Positions 35,291 through 45,960 are shown, numbered from the stretch's first letter. The stretch: 64,000 nt of DNA from Candidatus Undinarchaeota archaeon (GCA_964519305.1 CAZFHY010000015.1:32001-96000), one strand, 5' to 3'. The notes: a model not told the origin generated them from the sequence alone. Translations and numbers: made by a program.

Positions 35291-37243
35291 ATGATGATGA
35301 GGACGACAGGCCTTGCTGTAGCAACGTTCATCCTCATCATGACCTGTGGCCTTTGCGCGGACGGACAGGTCGCCGGCCAGGACATCAACACTCTTGACCA
35401 TGCTGTTGCCTTTCTTTCTCTTCTCGTCGTTTTCGTCCTCCCCGGACTGCTACTTGCTGGAGCGACGCTCCCGGATGCGCGTCCGGAGGAGTTGATCGCG
35501 CTCGCCCTGGGGAACGCAACGTTCATACTCCCGCACCTCGCGCTCGCCTGCGCAATGCTCCTTAGCACGACGCTCTCAGCGGGATTAATGATCATCTTGG
35601 GCGGTATCATATGCATCGTATCCGTCCTCGCGAACGGACGGGGTGTGGTCCCCTCTATCGGTGACCTCCGTGACCTTTTATCCTCGCCGCTCACTCCGGT
35701 GTGCATAGTCGTGATGATCGCAGCCATCGTCCTGTCCGGCGGGCATCCCCTCCGGGCCGAGGGTGCGTACGTTTTGGAGCTGGAGGGCGGGATATCCCGC
35801 CACTACCAGGGCCCCAACGGATGCGAACCTCTCGCCCATCCCTCTCTCCCTGAGAACCTCGTCGTCCATGTCGAGCGTCTCGGTGGACCGGCCATCCTTG
35901 GCGCGTACCATGCGGTGACCGGGGATGCGGGCCTTGCCCTTGCGTTAGGTCTTGCCTATGCCGCATGCCTAGCATCTATCTATGCTGCGAGCAGGGCTCT
36001 TTCGATACGGCCGATGATAGCCCTTGCGACCTCGCTTCTCATCATCACTTCCCCGCTCGTCGTCCGCAGCTTCGATGAGGCCCGGACAATGCATCTGATG
36101 TCCGCCCCGGCCGCATCACTGTTACTGTTCCTTGTCATAAGGGCAAGGACTGTGCCGATGCTCGTGCTGACGGGCATGGCATTCGGCTCCCTGGGGGGTG
36201 TGATGCACATAACGGCCCTCATGGCCCCGGTCCTTGTGCTGGTTGTGGCCGGTTCGCGACACCCGATAAAGGCCGCACTCGCCATCCTGTCAGGACTCGC
36301 GCTCACCGCCCTCCCCTGGGCCCTATGGCATCAGTACGCTTATGGCACCCTCTTCGTCCACGAGACCCAGCCCCCTCTGGGGCAGCTCCTCCTTGGCGGC
36401 GAGGACGCAGCGTCCTTCAACGGCATGCTCAACTCGCTCCGTGATCCGGTCCGGACGCCTGGTTTCCCACTCCCCTCCTTCCTCTACCTCCCGTTCTCAT
36501 TCCTCGGTACCCTCGGCGCCCTCCTATCATCAGCGACGATCCTCGGTCTTGTGCATATGCCCTCCCGGCCGCGAGCAATATTACTGCTCTGGCTGGTACC
36601 GTTCCTCCTCTTCCTCGGGCTGAACGAGAACTGGGACGGGACCAAGACGTACCTCTCGCTCCCGGTTTTCATCGTTCTGGCGCTCCCGGCCGGTCACTAC
36701 CTTGACAAGCTGCTCTCTACGGGACCGCCGTCCTCCCGTAATACCACAACCTTCGTCTGCCTGGTCGCCGCTCTCTTCCTACTCCCACGGGTCCTTCCCG
36801 TCCCTGCATACCCGCTCGATCCGCGCTGGACCCTTCGCTTCCCCGGAGTACCCGTCCCAACGGAGGACATCCAGTTCACAAGAGAGGAGCTGTTCTCGCC
36901 AGGTCTTTTCCCTGACACACGTCTCCTTCCTTCTGGCGACCTCACGAGGGGGCGGAAATCCCTGGTCCCGGTCCATCGGATACACTTCACGGCTCTCGGT
37001 GACGACGGGTACGTCGATGCGTGCGACCCTGGTCTCCGATGCTACTGGGTCGCGTTCAGGACCATCAGGGACCCGGCCTCATGGATAGATTCTCCGTGCC
37101 ATGCTGTGGAATTCACGTCAAGGTTCAACATGACCCATTCGCACGTATGCGTGCTCGAGCGCAGGGTGCAAGGGTGTCCCGGTGATGGTGCGCTTTGGGA
37201 CACGCTCGCATCCAAGGGCTACGTGCGGGACCTCGTCGTCTAA
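35291..37243 (+). CDS. Polytopic membrane protein, probable GT-C glycosyltransferase
   Basis: Many TM helices, LPWALW...YGTLF pattern, ENWDGTKTYL. Start uncertain. Confidence 0.6.
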   Translation: MMMRTTGLAVATFILIMTCGLCADGQVAGQDINTLDHAVAFLSLLVVFVLPGLLLAGATLPDARPEELIALALGNATFILPHLALACAMLLSTTLSAGLMIILGGIICIVSVLANGRGVVPSIGDLRDLLSSPLTPVCIVVMIAAIVLSGGHPLRAEGAYVLELEGGISRHYQGPNGCEPLAHPSLPENLVVHVERLGGPAILGAYHAVTGDAGLALALGLAYAACLASIYAASRALSIRPMIALATSLLIITSPLVVRSFDEARTMHLMSAPAASLLLFLVIRARTVPMLVLTGMAFGSLGGVMHITALMAPVLVLVVAGSRHPIKAALAILSGLALTALPWALWHQYAYGTLFVHETQPPLGQLLLGGEDAASFNGMLNSLRDPVRTPGFPLPSFLYLPFSFLGTLGALLSSATILGLVHMPSRPRAILLLWLVPFLLFLGLNENWDGTKTYLSLPVFIVLALPAGHYLDKLLSTGPPSSRNTTTFVCLVAALFLLPRVLPVPAYPLDPRWTLRFPGVPVPTEDIQFTREELFSPGLFPDTRLLPSGDLTRGRKSLVPVHRIHFTALGDDGYVDACDPGLRCYWVAFRTIRDPASWIDSPCHAVEFTSRFNMTHSHVCVLERRVQGCPGDGALWDTLASKGYVRDLVV

Positions 37244-39324
37244 GCGAGGCCGCTATTCGCACTGGTGCGTTCATTCACACGTTCCTGAAAGTCTTGCACG
37301 GTCCGGTGCAATGTGCTGACCTCGCCGCCCATGGACCGCGCGATAGCTGCGGCCTGAGTGAGCACCTCGATGGGCAGATGTTCGTCATCGAAGGAGTAGA
37401 GGTGAAGGTTGGCCACGTACGTCCCTCGCTGACGCAATGTGGTCTCCACGTCGTCGAGGAACGCCCTCCGCGCCCGCCCCTGCTCTTCAGGCCCCATCTT
37501 CCTGTATCCCTGGAGGTGGTCGTGCGAGGACACCGGCACCTCCACAAGACCGTCGGTCCGCTGGAAGGGCAGGGGACATCCTTCCACAAGGTACGTCGAA
37601 CCGTATGTGAAACCGGCCCGCACCTCGGCGGCCCGGACCGCTGTGTTCGACTGGAGCTCGGGAGAGCGTGTCCCGAACACCTGCAGACCGGCCGATTCGA
37701 GGAGGGCCGTCCCCCGTTCCAGCCGCTCGAGCACCTCGTCCTCGGAGAGGTCGTAGAACTCGTTCCAGGCATACCGGCCACCATGCCGTGGATTGAGATG
37801 CGTCCAGCCGCTGAGGCCGAACTCCATGCCTGACCCCTGTAGCGATACGATCTCTGTATGATAGGCGGGGGGGATCCCCGTCTCGCCGGGCGTGATGAAG
37901 AACGTGGCAGTGAGGCCGGAGGCCGAAAGAGCGCGTGCCAGCGTAAGCATGAACGGTATATCGTCGGCGCCGATGTCTGTGAAAGTGAGGGCCAGTGTCG
38001 GTGAACGGGCGTTAGCATCGAGGCTGCGCGTGACGATGAACTGTCCCCGGGAGAGCACAGTACGTGACGGAGGGAGCACGGCCATGAGCTCGTCATAGCC
38101 AAGAAGACGCGGATCGAATATGCCGATGTCCGCCGACCTCAGGCACTCATTGGGGATACCTTCGAAGACAGCGTAATGGCCGTGGACAGGGCGGTCGATG
38201 AGGAACGTGAGGACCGGCTCTAGATTCGAGACGATGATGTCATGCGGAGGCTGGTCAGCGAGCCAGTCGGTGATGGCGACCATGTCCTGAAGGCCAGTAT
38301 CGCTTCGGAGCACCACTAGCACGGCGGCCATCGAAACGATGTGTAGCGCCACGATGACGAGCGCGACCACCTTCCTCGACCGCTCCTCCCACCTCAGGTG
38401 CACGAGACCGGCGCCGCACGCGACAGTGTAGACCGGCAGCACAGGAAAGAGGTACCTCATCTCCTTGTGCGGGTGGACCATATGGAAGACGCCGAACGCG
38501 AGGGCCACCATGAACGGGAGTGTATCCTGTCGGTCCCTGCGATACGCTGCGATACCAAGAAGGGCAAGGGGAAGGGTGACCGGTACGAAGAGCTCTAAGA
38601 TGTGTTCGATGTAGTAGGTGGGAGAGCTCGCGGGGAAGCCGCGGTCCACGATGAAGTTAAGGTACATGGGACGGACAGGATCACCGCTCACGAGCAGGTT
38701 CCCCCCGAGCCAGGGCAGGATGGTCAGGGTGAATACTATGGTAATGAGCTTGGCGTCCGACCATCGACGTCGTAACATGAGGAGCGGGATCACAACCAAC
38801 ATGATGCCGTTTGTGTACCTTGTGAACAGACCGAGAGCACAGATGAGCCCGTACAGTCTCCACCACTCTCGGAAAAGACAGAGGACCCCCATGGTCGCCA
38901 GGCACAGTGACAGAGAGTCCGAGAGCGCCAGACCGGCCATGCTGATTGTCGCCCATGAGCCCAGGAGGACGGAAATTGCTACGAACGCCGGGAGCTGGCC
39001 ATGGCGTCGCAGGGTGATAGCGTGCGTCAGGAGGAGGGTGACGAGCAGTGCGAGGACGGATGCCGACCGTCCCGTCCAAAGGGGGTGCACATCTGTGATG
39101 GCGCTGGTCACTGCGAGCAGTGTGTGGACTACCGGCGGGCGGAAGGCCTCGTACAGCTCACCGTCTTCAAGGAGCGCCAGGGCGTTCATCGAATAGACCG
39201 CCTCGTCCCACCAGAGCCCCCGCATGGGGATGGACAGGAGCAGGAAGAAGAGAAGGACGAGGACCATCAAGTGGACGACACGGTCGTACCGTGGCTCGTG
39301 ACCGTCCCCAGTACCACCGCGCAT
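37240..39324 (-). CDS. GT39/PMT-like glycosyltransferase fused to a polysaccharide-deacetylase-like domain
   Basis: WWDEAVY, RPP, LSDSL, TRY, HKEMRYLFP, then LALTFTD, ATFFI, EFGLSGWTH, GTRSP, YGST, LVEVP. Start corrected to ATG 39324. Confidence 0.8.
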   Translation of the reverse strand: MRGGTGDGHEPRYDRVVHLMVLVLLFFLLLSIPMRGLWWDEAVYSMNALALLEDGELYEAFRPPVVHTLLAVTSAITDVHPLWTGRSASVLALLVTLLLTHAITLRRHGQLPAFVAISVLLGSWATISMAGLALSDSLSLCLATMGVLCLFREWWRLYGLICALGLFTRYTNGIMLVVIPLLMLRRRWSDAKLITIVFTLTILPWLGGNLLVSGDPVRPMYLNFIVDRGFPASSPTYYIEHILELFVPVTLPLALLGIAAYRRDRQDTLPFMVALAFGVFHMVHPHKEMRYLFPVLPVYTVACGAGLVHLRWEERSRKVVALVIVALHIVSMAAVLVVLRSDTGLQDMVAITDWLADQPPHDIIVSNLEPVLTFLIDRPVHGHYAVFEGIPNECLRSADIGIFDPRLLGYDELMAVLPPSRTVLSRGQFIVTRSLDANARSPTLALTFTDIGADDIPFMLTLARALSASGLTATFFITPGETGIPPAYHTEIVSLQGSGMEFGLSGWTHLNPRHGGRYAWNEFYDLSEDEVLERLERGTALLESAGLQVFGTRSPELQSNTAVRAAEVRAGFTYGSTYLVEGCPLPFQRTDGLVEVPVSSHDHLQGYRKMGPEEQGRARRAFLDDVETTLRQRGTYVANLHLYSFDDEHLPIEVLTQAAAIARSMGGEVSTLHRTVQDFQERVNERTSANSGLA

Positions 39325-39388
39325 GGATAAGTGGAGGTCATGACGAAAAGCATTAAAGGGATGCCTCATTCGCAAGCATCGGATTCCC

Positions 39389-40675
39389 ATGCTCGACATC
39401 AAGCTCATCCGTGAGGACCCGGACATCGTGCGGGCGGACCTGGAGAAGCGCGAGGCTGAGGACAAGCTCGAGCTCCTGGACGAGCTCATCAATGTGGACC
39501 TTGGCTGGCGCAACACGCGCACCCAGCTCACCGAACTGCAGCATAAGCGCAACGTCATGGCGCGCGAGATCGCCGTCCTGAAGAAGTCGAAGAAGGACGC
39601 ATCCTCTCAGATCGCCGAGATGAAGGGGATCGGTGCGACCATCAAGGACCTCGAACTTGCCGTGGAGCAGCAGCGGGAGCGCTCCCGCTTCCTGCTGATG
39701 TCGCTGCCCAACCTCATGCACGAGAGCGTTCCCGTGGGTGCGGACGAGACGGAGAACGTCACCGTGCGCACGTGGGGAGGAACTCCGACACCGGACTTCC
39801 CCGCCAAGAGCCATGTGGACATAATCGCTGACCTTGACGTAGTGGACATCGAGCGCGCAGCGCGCATCGCCGGTGCCCGGTTCTACTACCTCAAGCGCGA
39901 GCTGGTGCTCATGGACCTCGCGCTCCAGCGGCTGGCACTGGAACTGCTGGCTGAACGGGAGTTCATCCTAGTCCAACCGCCGTTCATGATCGGTCGCAAG
40001 GCCATGGAAGGTGCTGTGAACCTTGGTGACTTCGAGGACGTCATCTACAAGATCGAGGGTGAGGACCTCTACCTCATCGCCACATCCGAGCACTCTCTGG
40101 CCGGTCTGCATATGGGCGAGATCCTTGAGAAGAAGGACCTTCCTCTGCGGTACGCCGGACTGTCAGCGTGCTTCCGTAAGGAGGCGGGCGCTCACGGCAA
40201 GGACATGAAGGGTATATTCCGCGTCCACCAGTTCAACAAGATCGAGCAGTTCGTGTTCGCCCGTCCCGAGGACTCATGGGAGGAGCACAAGAAGCTGATC
40301 AAGAACGCCGAGGACCTGTTCAAGATGCTGGAGCTGCCGTACCGGGTGGTCAACATCTGTACCGGCGATCTGGGCGGGACTGCCGCAAAGAAGTTCGACC
40401 TCGAGTGCTGGATGCCGGCCCAGGATACCTACCGCGAGATGGTGTCCTGCTCCAACTGCACCGACTACCAGGCGCGCAAGCTCAACATCCGGTACCGGGA
40501 GCAGGCCCACCTCGATACACAGATAGTCCACACTTTGAACTCGACGGCCATCGCAACAGGCAGGGCCATGGTCGCCATCATCGAGAACAACCAGCAGGCC
40601 GACGGCAGTATCAAGGTGCCCGACGTGCTCGTACCACTGATGGGCGGGATCCGTACTATCGGTAAGAAACGGTAG
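39389..40675 (+). CDS. serS: Seryl-tRNA synthetase
   Basis: MLDIKLIRE, LIATSEH, CFRKEAGAHGKD..GIFRVHQFNKIEQF, EMVSCSNCTDYQAR, HTLNST. Confidence 0.98.
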   Translation: MLDIKLIREDPDIVRADLEKREAEDKLELLDELINVDLGWRNTRTQLTELQHKRNVMAREIAVLKKSKKDASSQIAEMKGIGATIKDLELAVEQQRERSRFLLMSLPNLMHESVPVGADETENVTVRTWGGTPTPDFPAKSHVDIIADLDVVDIERAARIAGARFYYLKRELVLMDLALQRLALELLAEREFILVQPPFMIGRKAMEGAVNLGDFEDVIYKIEGEDLYLIATSEHSLAGLHMGEILEKKDLPLRYAGLSACFRKEAGAHGKDMKGIFRVHQFNKIEQFVFARPEDSWEEHKKLIKNAEDLFKMLELPYRVVNICTGDLGGTAAKKFDLECWMPAQDTYREMVSCSNCTDYQARKLNIRYREQAHLDTQIVHTLNSTAIATGRAMVAIIENNQQADGSIKVPDVLVPLMGGIRTIGKKR

Positions 40676-40686
40676 AGAATAGATGT

Positions 40687-40716
40687 GCGGGCCCACCGCC
40701 ACCTTAGCGGGCCCGC
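40687..40716. terminator. GC-rich hairpin between convergent serS and minD
   Basis: GCGGGCCC-N14-GGGCCCGC. Confidence 0.5.
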
Positions 40717-40744
40717 GGTTCTCGCATAAGCTGGAAATGTCTCG

Positions 40745-41524
40745 CTAATACTCGTCGATCAGGTCCTTCCACATCTCGCGGAGACGGTCGATCGTGGTCA
40801 TGTCGTGCATGAACTCACGGCCGACGAGCTCGGATCCGAGCTTGCGGTAGGTGCGAGCAGCGCCGGAGTTTGGCCGCGCGAGCACGACAGGCCTGCAGTA
40901 GGCGATGCCCTTGCGCACGTTGTGGTCCTCGGGGACCTCGGCGATGATGGGGGCGTCGAGGAACGACTCGATCTGGTCGGTCGGGGGCTCGATACCCTCG
41001 TTGCGGCGCTTGTTGAGGATGACGCCAGTAGTGTAGACGCCCAGCTCCTCGGCGAACTTGATGGTCTTCATGGCATCGGCGATGGAGGGCCACTCGGGAT
41101 TTACTACAACGAGCAGCTCCTGGGCCGAGCCGATACCCACCATGGCGTCCGAGCCGAGACCGGGGGCGCAGTCGAGGAGGATGAAATCGTAGTGGCCGTG
41201 GAGGTCCGCCATCGAGTTGAGATAGGCATCGAGGTCCACCTGACGGACATCATCGAGAGTGAGCCCGGCGGGGATGTAATGGAAACCGCCATTGTCATGT
41301 GTGTGGATGGCGTCATGCACTTTCGCCTGGTGCCGGAGCACGTGGTGGAAGTGGATGGTGTTCGCCGGAGCGCCGAGGTGCAGCCCGAGGTTGGGTGCGG
41401 TGAAGTTGGCGTCGACGGCGATGACGGCGTGGCCATGGGAGGCCAGGGACGCCGCGAGGTTAGTGACGGTCGTGGTCTTGCCCACGCCGCCCTTGCCGCT
41501 GGCTATTGCGATTCTGCGAGACAT
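40745..41524 (-). CDS. minD: Archaeal MinD-family ATPase
   Basis: IASGKGGVGKTT, DCAPGLG, VVNPEWPSIADA, GVILNK, C-terminal amphipathic helix. ATG 41524 follows AGGTGA. Confidence 0.9.
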   Translation of the reverse strand: MSRRIAIASGKGGVGKTTTVTNLAASLASHGHAVIAVDANFTAPNLGLHLGAPANTIHFHHVLRHQAKVHDAIHTHDNGGFHYIPAGLTLDDVRQVDLDAYLNSMADLHGHYDFILLDCAPGLGSDAMVGIGSAQELLVVVNPEWPSIADAMKTIKFAEELGVYTTGVILNKRRNEGIEPPTDQIESFLDAPIIAEVPEDHNVRKGIAYCRPVVLARPNSGAARTYRKLGSELVGREFMHDMTTIDRLREMWKDLIDEY

Positions 41525-41860
41525 ACTACTCACCTGGGGGGGGTAAACGTGAATAGTGTCGAGATTGTTTATAATATTTTGTGAGATAATTCCTTTCTAA
41601 TACTATTAATGTAACAAGTAAGCCCGTCGGCGGAGTACGGTGTTTTTCAGAGTATATTCGCAATAAATACATCGTGATCGGGTACGGGTCCCTGACATCG
41701 CCCGAACAGCATCATGGAGGCACCCATGGACGCCAGGACGATAGCCGGCTCGCGGAGCTTGGCTGGATTGCGCCCCCGGCGGGGAGAAGCACGAGCAGAA
41801 AAGATGTGGTTCGGTCCAAGATCAGCCTTGCACTATCATGAGGAATAGGGATTTGGCCTA

Positions 41861-42514
41861 CTACTTATCCCAGCCATGCTCACCGATGAGAGGGACGAAC
41901 CTGCATCCGCAGATGTGCCGTTTGACCACACCATCGTCCTCCCGCTCGATGGCCACCAGTTCCTGGGACCACGAGCCGCCCACCGGGATTATCAGGCGTG
42001 CCCCTTTGCCCAGCTGTCCGATAAGTGGTTCGGGAACCACGGGTGCAGCGGCGGTCACTATGATGCCATCGTACGGAGCCCCCTCGACATGACCTCGTGT
42101 CCCGTCATCCTCGACGACCGTGATGTTCTCGTACCCAAGCTCGGTGAGACGCTCCCGGGCGCTCCTGGCCAGGGCCGGGATACGCTCGATGCTCACCACG
42201 TCGCCCTGGTGACCGACTACCTCGCTGAGCACGGCCGCCTGGTAGCCGGAGCCGCACCCCACCTCCAGCACGTGGGCCCCAGGTGAGAGCTGCATGTGCT
42301 CCGTCATGAGAGCGACTATGTAAGGCTGGGAGATGGTCTGGCCCTCGCCCACGGGTAAAGGGAAGTCGCCGTGGGCCTGGGATAGCAGGGACGACGGGAC
42401 GAACCTGTGCCGGGGGACGGTGCGCATGGCATCGAGCACGCGTGGGTCGGAGACATCGCGACGCGCTATCTGGTCGGCCACCATCTGCCGCCGCTCCTGT
42501 GCGAAGTCGTCCAC
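41861..42514 (-). CDS. pcm: Protein-L-isoaspartate O-methyltransferase
   Basis: VPRHRFV, QTISQPYIV, VLEVGCGSGYQAA, APYDGIIVTAA, FVPLIG. Confidence 0.97.
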   Translation of the reverse strand: MDDFAQERRQMVADQIARRDVSDPRVLDAMRTVPRHRFVPSSLLSQAHGDFPLPVGEGQTISQPYIVALMTEHMQLSPGAHVLEVGCGSGYQAAVLSEVVGHQGDVVSIERIPALARSARERLTELGYENITVVEDDGTRGHVEGAPYDGIIVTAAAPVVPEPLIGQLGKGARLIIPVGGSWSQELVAIEREDDGVVKRHICGCRFVPLIGEHGWDK

Positions 42515-43054
42515 CTACTTCACCTTGGAACAGTAGAGGGTCGTTATAACGTCCGCCAGAGCCTTGCCACGACGCAGGGTACGGCTATCGGTGCGGATAG
42601 CTGTGATGCGGAGGTCGACGTTCTCGAACTCGAGCACCTGGCCAATGGTGAACTCCGCCTCGGGCCTCGCTTCCATCAGGATGGACTGGGTCTTGCCTTT
42701 CCCTGTGCGGATGGCCAGTCTTAGGCGTACGTAGGACCTGTCGATCAGCCAGACACACTCCACGTCACGGGGCATTGCCTTCTTGACGCTCCTACCGTCC
42801 ACCTCTACCTTGGTGATGCGACAGATCACGTCATCGAGGAGCATATCGTCACCCACGGTGAGCTCGCCGTCACCGGGGACGGAGATGCGCCGACGATCCG
42901 ACTCCTCCTGGTGGGATAGCACCGCGGTGATCTCCACGGCCTTGTCATCCACCTCCATAAAGAAGGCCCCGCACTCAGCACACTTGTAGTGCTTCTCCCG
43001 ACCGCGCTCCTTGAGCAGGATACCGTCGCCGCCGCACTCATCGCACTCGGACAC
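42515..43054 (-). CDS. Archaeal Zn-finger protein (HVO_0476/COG1326-like)
   Basis: CxxC...CxxC followed by SHQEES, ITKVEV, EFTIG, ITAIR; adjacent to pcm. Confidence 0.8.
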   Translation of the reverse strand: MSECDECGGDGILLKERGREKHYKCAECGAFFMEVDDKAVEITAVLSHQEESDRRRISVPGDGELTVGDDMLLDDVICRITKVEVDGRSVKKAMPRDVECVWLIDRSYVRLRLAIRTGKGKTQSILMEARPEAEFTIGQVLEFENVDLRITAIRTDSRTLRRGKALADVITTLYCSKVK

Positions 43055-43102
43055 GGACGGACCTCCCCCATCAAGACAAATAAACCTATGGATGCGGCGG
43101 GC

Positions 43103-44587
43103 TCAGTCGTCGCCCTCCATCATCCAGGACAGCACAGGTTTCCGCACGGCAGTGACCTCGTCGAGCCTGGATGAGGCCGTGAGCGTGGGCGCAGCATGGA
43201 CCTTGTCAGGATCGTCCCGTGCATCGGCGAGCGTCCGACGCAGTGCGTCGGCCCATCCCTCGAGCGCCTCCCGTGGCTCGGTCTCGGTGGGCTCGACCAT
43301 CAGTGCGTTGTGGACGATTAGCGGGAAGTTGATCGTGGGCGCATGCACTCCGCAGTCCAGCAGCCGTTTGGCCAGGTCGATCGCGTCGCACCCGAAGTCG
43401 GCCTTGCTGGGATCGGCCGAGAACACGCATTCATGCTTGCGCGGCGTACCTGGTGCATAGGGCAGGTCGATACCCTCGACGCCCTTGAGCAGGTGCATGA
43501 CGTAGTTGGCGTTGAGCACGGCCATCTCCGACGCGGTCGTGAGGCCGTCCCCGCCCATGGATAGGATGTAGGTCCATGCCTTAGCGAGCACGCCCACGTT
43601 ACCGTGGAACGAGTGCACCTTGCCGATGGACTTCGGACGGTCGTTGTCCAGCACGTACCGGTCGTCCTCCTTCTCCACAACGGGCGTGGGTAGGTAGGGT
43701 ACCAGCCGCTCGACGACACCGACGGGCCCGGAACCGGGACCGCCACCGCCGTGGGGTGTGGCAAATGTCTTGTGGAGGTTGAAGTGCATCACGTCGAACC
43801 CCATGTCGCCGGGGCGTGCTTTGCCCATGATGGCGTTGAGGTTGGCACCGTCGTAGTACAGCAGCCCCCCTGCGTCATGGACGATGGCCACGATGTCCTC
43901 GATCTGGCGCTCGAACACACCGATTGTGTTGGGATTGGTGAGCATGAGACCCGCCGTGCGCTCGTTCACTGCGCTCCGCAGAGCGTCGAGGTCCACGCAC
44001 CCGTCCTCGCCCGAGGGGATCTCGATGACCTTGAACCCGGCCATGGCGGCCGACGCGGGATTGGTACCATGTGCCGAGTCGGGCACGATCATCTCGTCCC
44101 GCTCCTCGCCACGGTCCTCGTGATAGGCGCGGATGAGCAGCATGCCCAGGAACTCGCCGTGGGCGCCGGCAGCGGGCTGGAGAGAAACGCGGGCCATCCC
44201 GGCCACTTCGGCCAGCCACATCTCCAGCTGGTGCATCATGGCGAGCGTCCCCTGGACCGTCCCCTCGGGTTGGAGGGGGTGAAGGCCTGCGAGACGTGTA
44301 TCGCTGGCGACGTCCTCGTCGATGCGTGGATTGTACTTCATGGTGCAGGAGCCAAGGGGGTACATCCCCGAGTCAACGCCGAAGCACATCTGGGAGAGCC
44401 GTGTGTAATGGCGCACGACCTCTGGCTGGCTCACCTCGGGCAGCCGTGGCGGTTCGGCCCGTCGCAGGTCCCCGGGCACCTCGAACGACTCGTTGGCGCC
44501 ATGGGGTACGCGCACTCCCCGCCTGCCGGTACCGGAGCGTTCCCGGAGGCTCGGCTCGTCCCACACGGCCTGGCGGTGCCCGCTCAT
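43103..44587 (-). CDS. gcvPB: Glycine dehydrogenase (decarboxylating) subunit 2
   Basis: YPLGSCTMKYNP, QPAAGAHGE, SAHGTNPASA, NLHKTFATPHGGGGPG, MVEPTETE. Start corrected to ATG 44587. Confidence 0.96.
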   Translation of the reverse strand: MSGHRQAVWDEPSLRERSGTGRRGVRVPHGANESFEVPGDLRRAEPPRLPEVSQPEVVRHYTRLSQMCFGVDSGMYPLGSCTMKYNPRIDEDVASDTRLAGLHPLQPEGTVQGTLAMMHQLEMWLAEVAGMARVSLQPAAGAHGEFLGMLLIRAYHEDRGEERDEMIVPDSAHGTNPASAAMAGFKVIEIPSGEDGCVDLDALRSAVNERTAGLMLTNPNTIGVFERQIEDIVAIVHDAGGLLYYDGANLNAIMGKARPGDMGFDVMHFNLHKTFATPHGGGGPGSGPVGVVERLVPYLPTPVVEKEDDRYVLDNDRPKSIGKVHSFHGNVGVLAKAWTYILSMGGDGLTTASEMAVLNANYVMHLLKGVEGIDLPYAPGTPRKHECVFSADPSKADFGCDAIDLAKRLLDCGVHAPTINFPLIVHNALMVEPTETEPREALEGWADALRRTLADARDDPDKVHAAPTLTASSRLDEVTAVRKPVLSWMMEGDD

Positions 44588-45948
44588 CGTCCGCCACCTC
44601 CCGTGATGGCTTCTGCGAACAGGTCGATGTCCCCGATGGTATGGCGCTCGGTAGCGCACAGGAGCGCGACGTTATCGAGGCCGTCCAGGTGGGCCCCGAG
44701 GTCGAGCCCGCCCATGATGCCCGCGTCAAGGAGACGCTGGTTGAGGTCCGCGACCGTGCCGTCATCGACACGTACAGTGAACTCGTTGAAGTAGGGTGCG
44801 TCCAAGTGGGGTACTCTAAGACCGTCCACCTCTCCCATTCGTCGCGCCAGGTAGCGGGCGTTGCGCATGCAAGCCTCCCCCGCCTCACGCAATCCCTCCG
44901 GGCCAAGGGAAGCAAGCGTGATGCCCGCCGCAACGGCGACGAGAGCTTCGTTGGAGCAGATGTTGCTGGTGGCCTTGTCGCGGCGGATGGCCTGTTCGCG
45001 CGCCTGGAGCGTGAGCACGTAACCGAGCTTCCCGTTGGACGTCTCGGCACGGCCTACGAATCTGCCCGGTGCCTGCCTTACGGTCTTGCGGTCGAACCGG
45101 CAGGCGAAGATACCAAGACCCGGTCCGCCGAATGACGGGGGTCCGGCCAGGCTGGAGCCCTCTCCGACAGCGACGTCCGCGCCGTAGGCGCCCGGTGCCT
45201 CGAGCACTCCGAGCGTCCACGGGTCCACACCGGCCACGAACTTCGCGCCGGTGTCATGGGCGATCGTGCACAGGTCCTTGATCCGGTTCTCGAGCACGCC
45301 TAGAAAATTTGGGTTCTCAGCGTACACACAGGCCGTGGTGTCATCGACGACCTCGGCCACCGCGTCAGGGTCCACTCGTCCGTCAGGCCCTGCGGGAACG
45401 TCGACGATGCGGCCCCTGGGACCCCAGAGGAAGTTCTCGAGCACGGAACGGCGCCAGGGCGCGATAGCGCCTGCCAGCACTACGGAGTTCCTGCGGGTGA
45501 GTCGCATGCACATCAGCGCTGCCTCGCCGAGAGCGGTAGCCCAGTCGTACTGGGAGGCGTTGACGCACTCGAGCCCAGTGAGCTCGGCCATCATGCTCTG
45601 ATACTCGTAGAGCGCCTGGAGCATGCCCTGCGAGATCTCGGGCTGATAGGACGTGTATGCGGTGAGGAACTCGCCGCGCTGGACCAGATGGGCCACGTGC
45701 GCGGGCACGTGGTGATGCTGCAGCCCCGCGCCAAGGAAGGATAACAATGGCCGGTTCCGGGCGAACACCCGGTCGGCCTCACGCGCCACTTCGCTCTCGC
45801 TACGACCTGACGGGATGTCCAGTGGCCGGTCCAGCCGCACGCTGGCGGGGATGTCGGCGAAGAGCGCCTCCATGGTCGTGCCCATGTCAGTGAGCATACC
45901 GTCTGCTGCGTGTGCGTTCGGTATGTAGGGGTGAGGGGCAGCGGCCAC
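44584..45948 (-). CDS. gcvPA: Glycine dehydrogenase (decarboxylating) subunit 1
   Basis: FLGAG, EFLTAYTSYQPEISQG, NASQYD, REQAIRRDKATSNICSNE. Confidence 0.96.
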   Translation of the reverse strand: MAAAPHPYIPNAHAADGMLTDMGTTMEALFADIPASVRLDRPLDIPSGRSESEVAREADRVFARNRPLLSFLGAGLQHHHVPAHVAHLVQRGEFLTAYTSYQPEISQGMLQALYEYQSMMAELTGLECVNASQYDWATALGEAALMCMRLTRRNSVVLAGAIAPWRRSVLENFLWGPRGRIVDVPAGPDGRVDPDAVAEVVDDTTACVYAENPNFLGVLENRIKDLCTIAHDTGAKFVAGVDPWTLGVLEAPGAYGADVAVGEGSSLAGPPSFGGPGLGIFACRFDRKTVRQAPGRFVGRAETSNGKLGYVLTLQAREQAIRRDKATSNICSNEALVAVAAGITLASLGPEGLREAGEACMRNARYLARRMGEVDGLRVPHLDAPYFNEFTVRVDDGTVADLNQRLLDAGIMGGLDLGAHLDGLDNVALLCATERHTIGDIDLFAEAITGGGGR

Positions 45949-45960
45949 CGGTTAATCCTC

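Noticed and set aside
10077-41524. ParB-like genes plus MinD as a ParABS partition system
   Set aside because: About 30 kb apart; the ATPase is MinD-type with a membrane helix, and the ParB-like proteins lack a recognisable HTH.
41535-41860. AT-rich intergenic region upstream of minD as origin or ncRNA
   Set aside because: No repeated ORB-like boxes, no cdc6/orc1 nearby, no recognisable SRP, RNase P or tRNA motifs.
42512-42517. In-frame TAG directly abutting the pcm GTG start (possible pyrrolysine or readthrough fusion)
   Set aside because: Both genes are complete normal-length family members and no pyl genes are visible; tight packing explains it.
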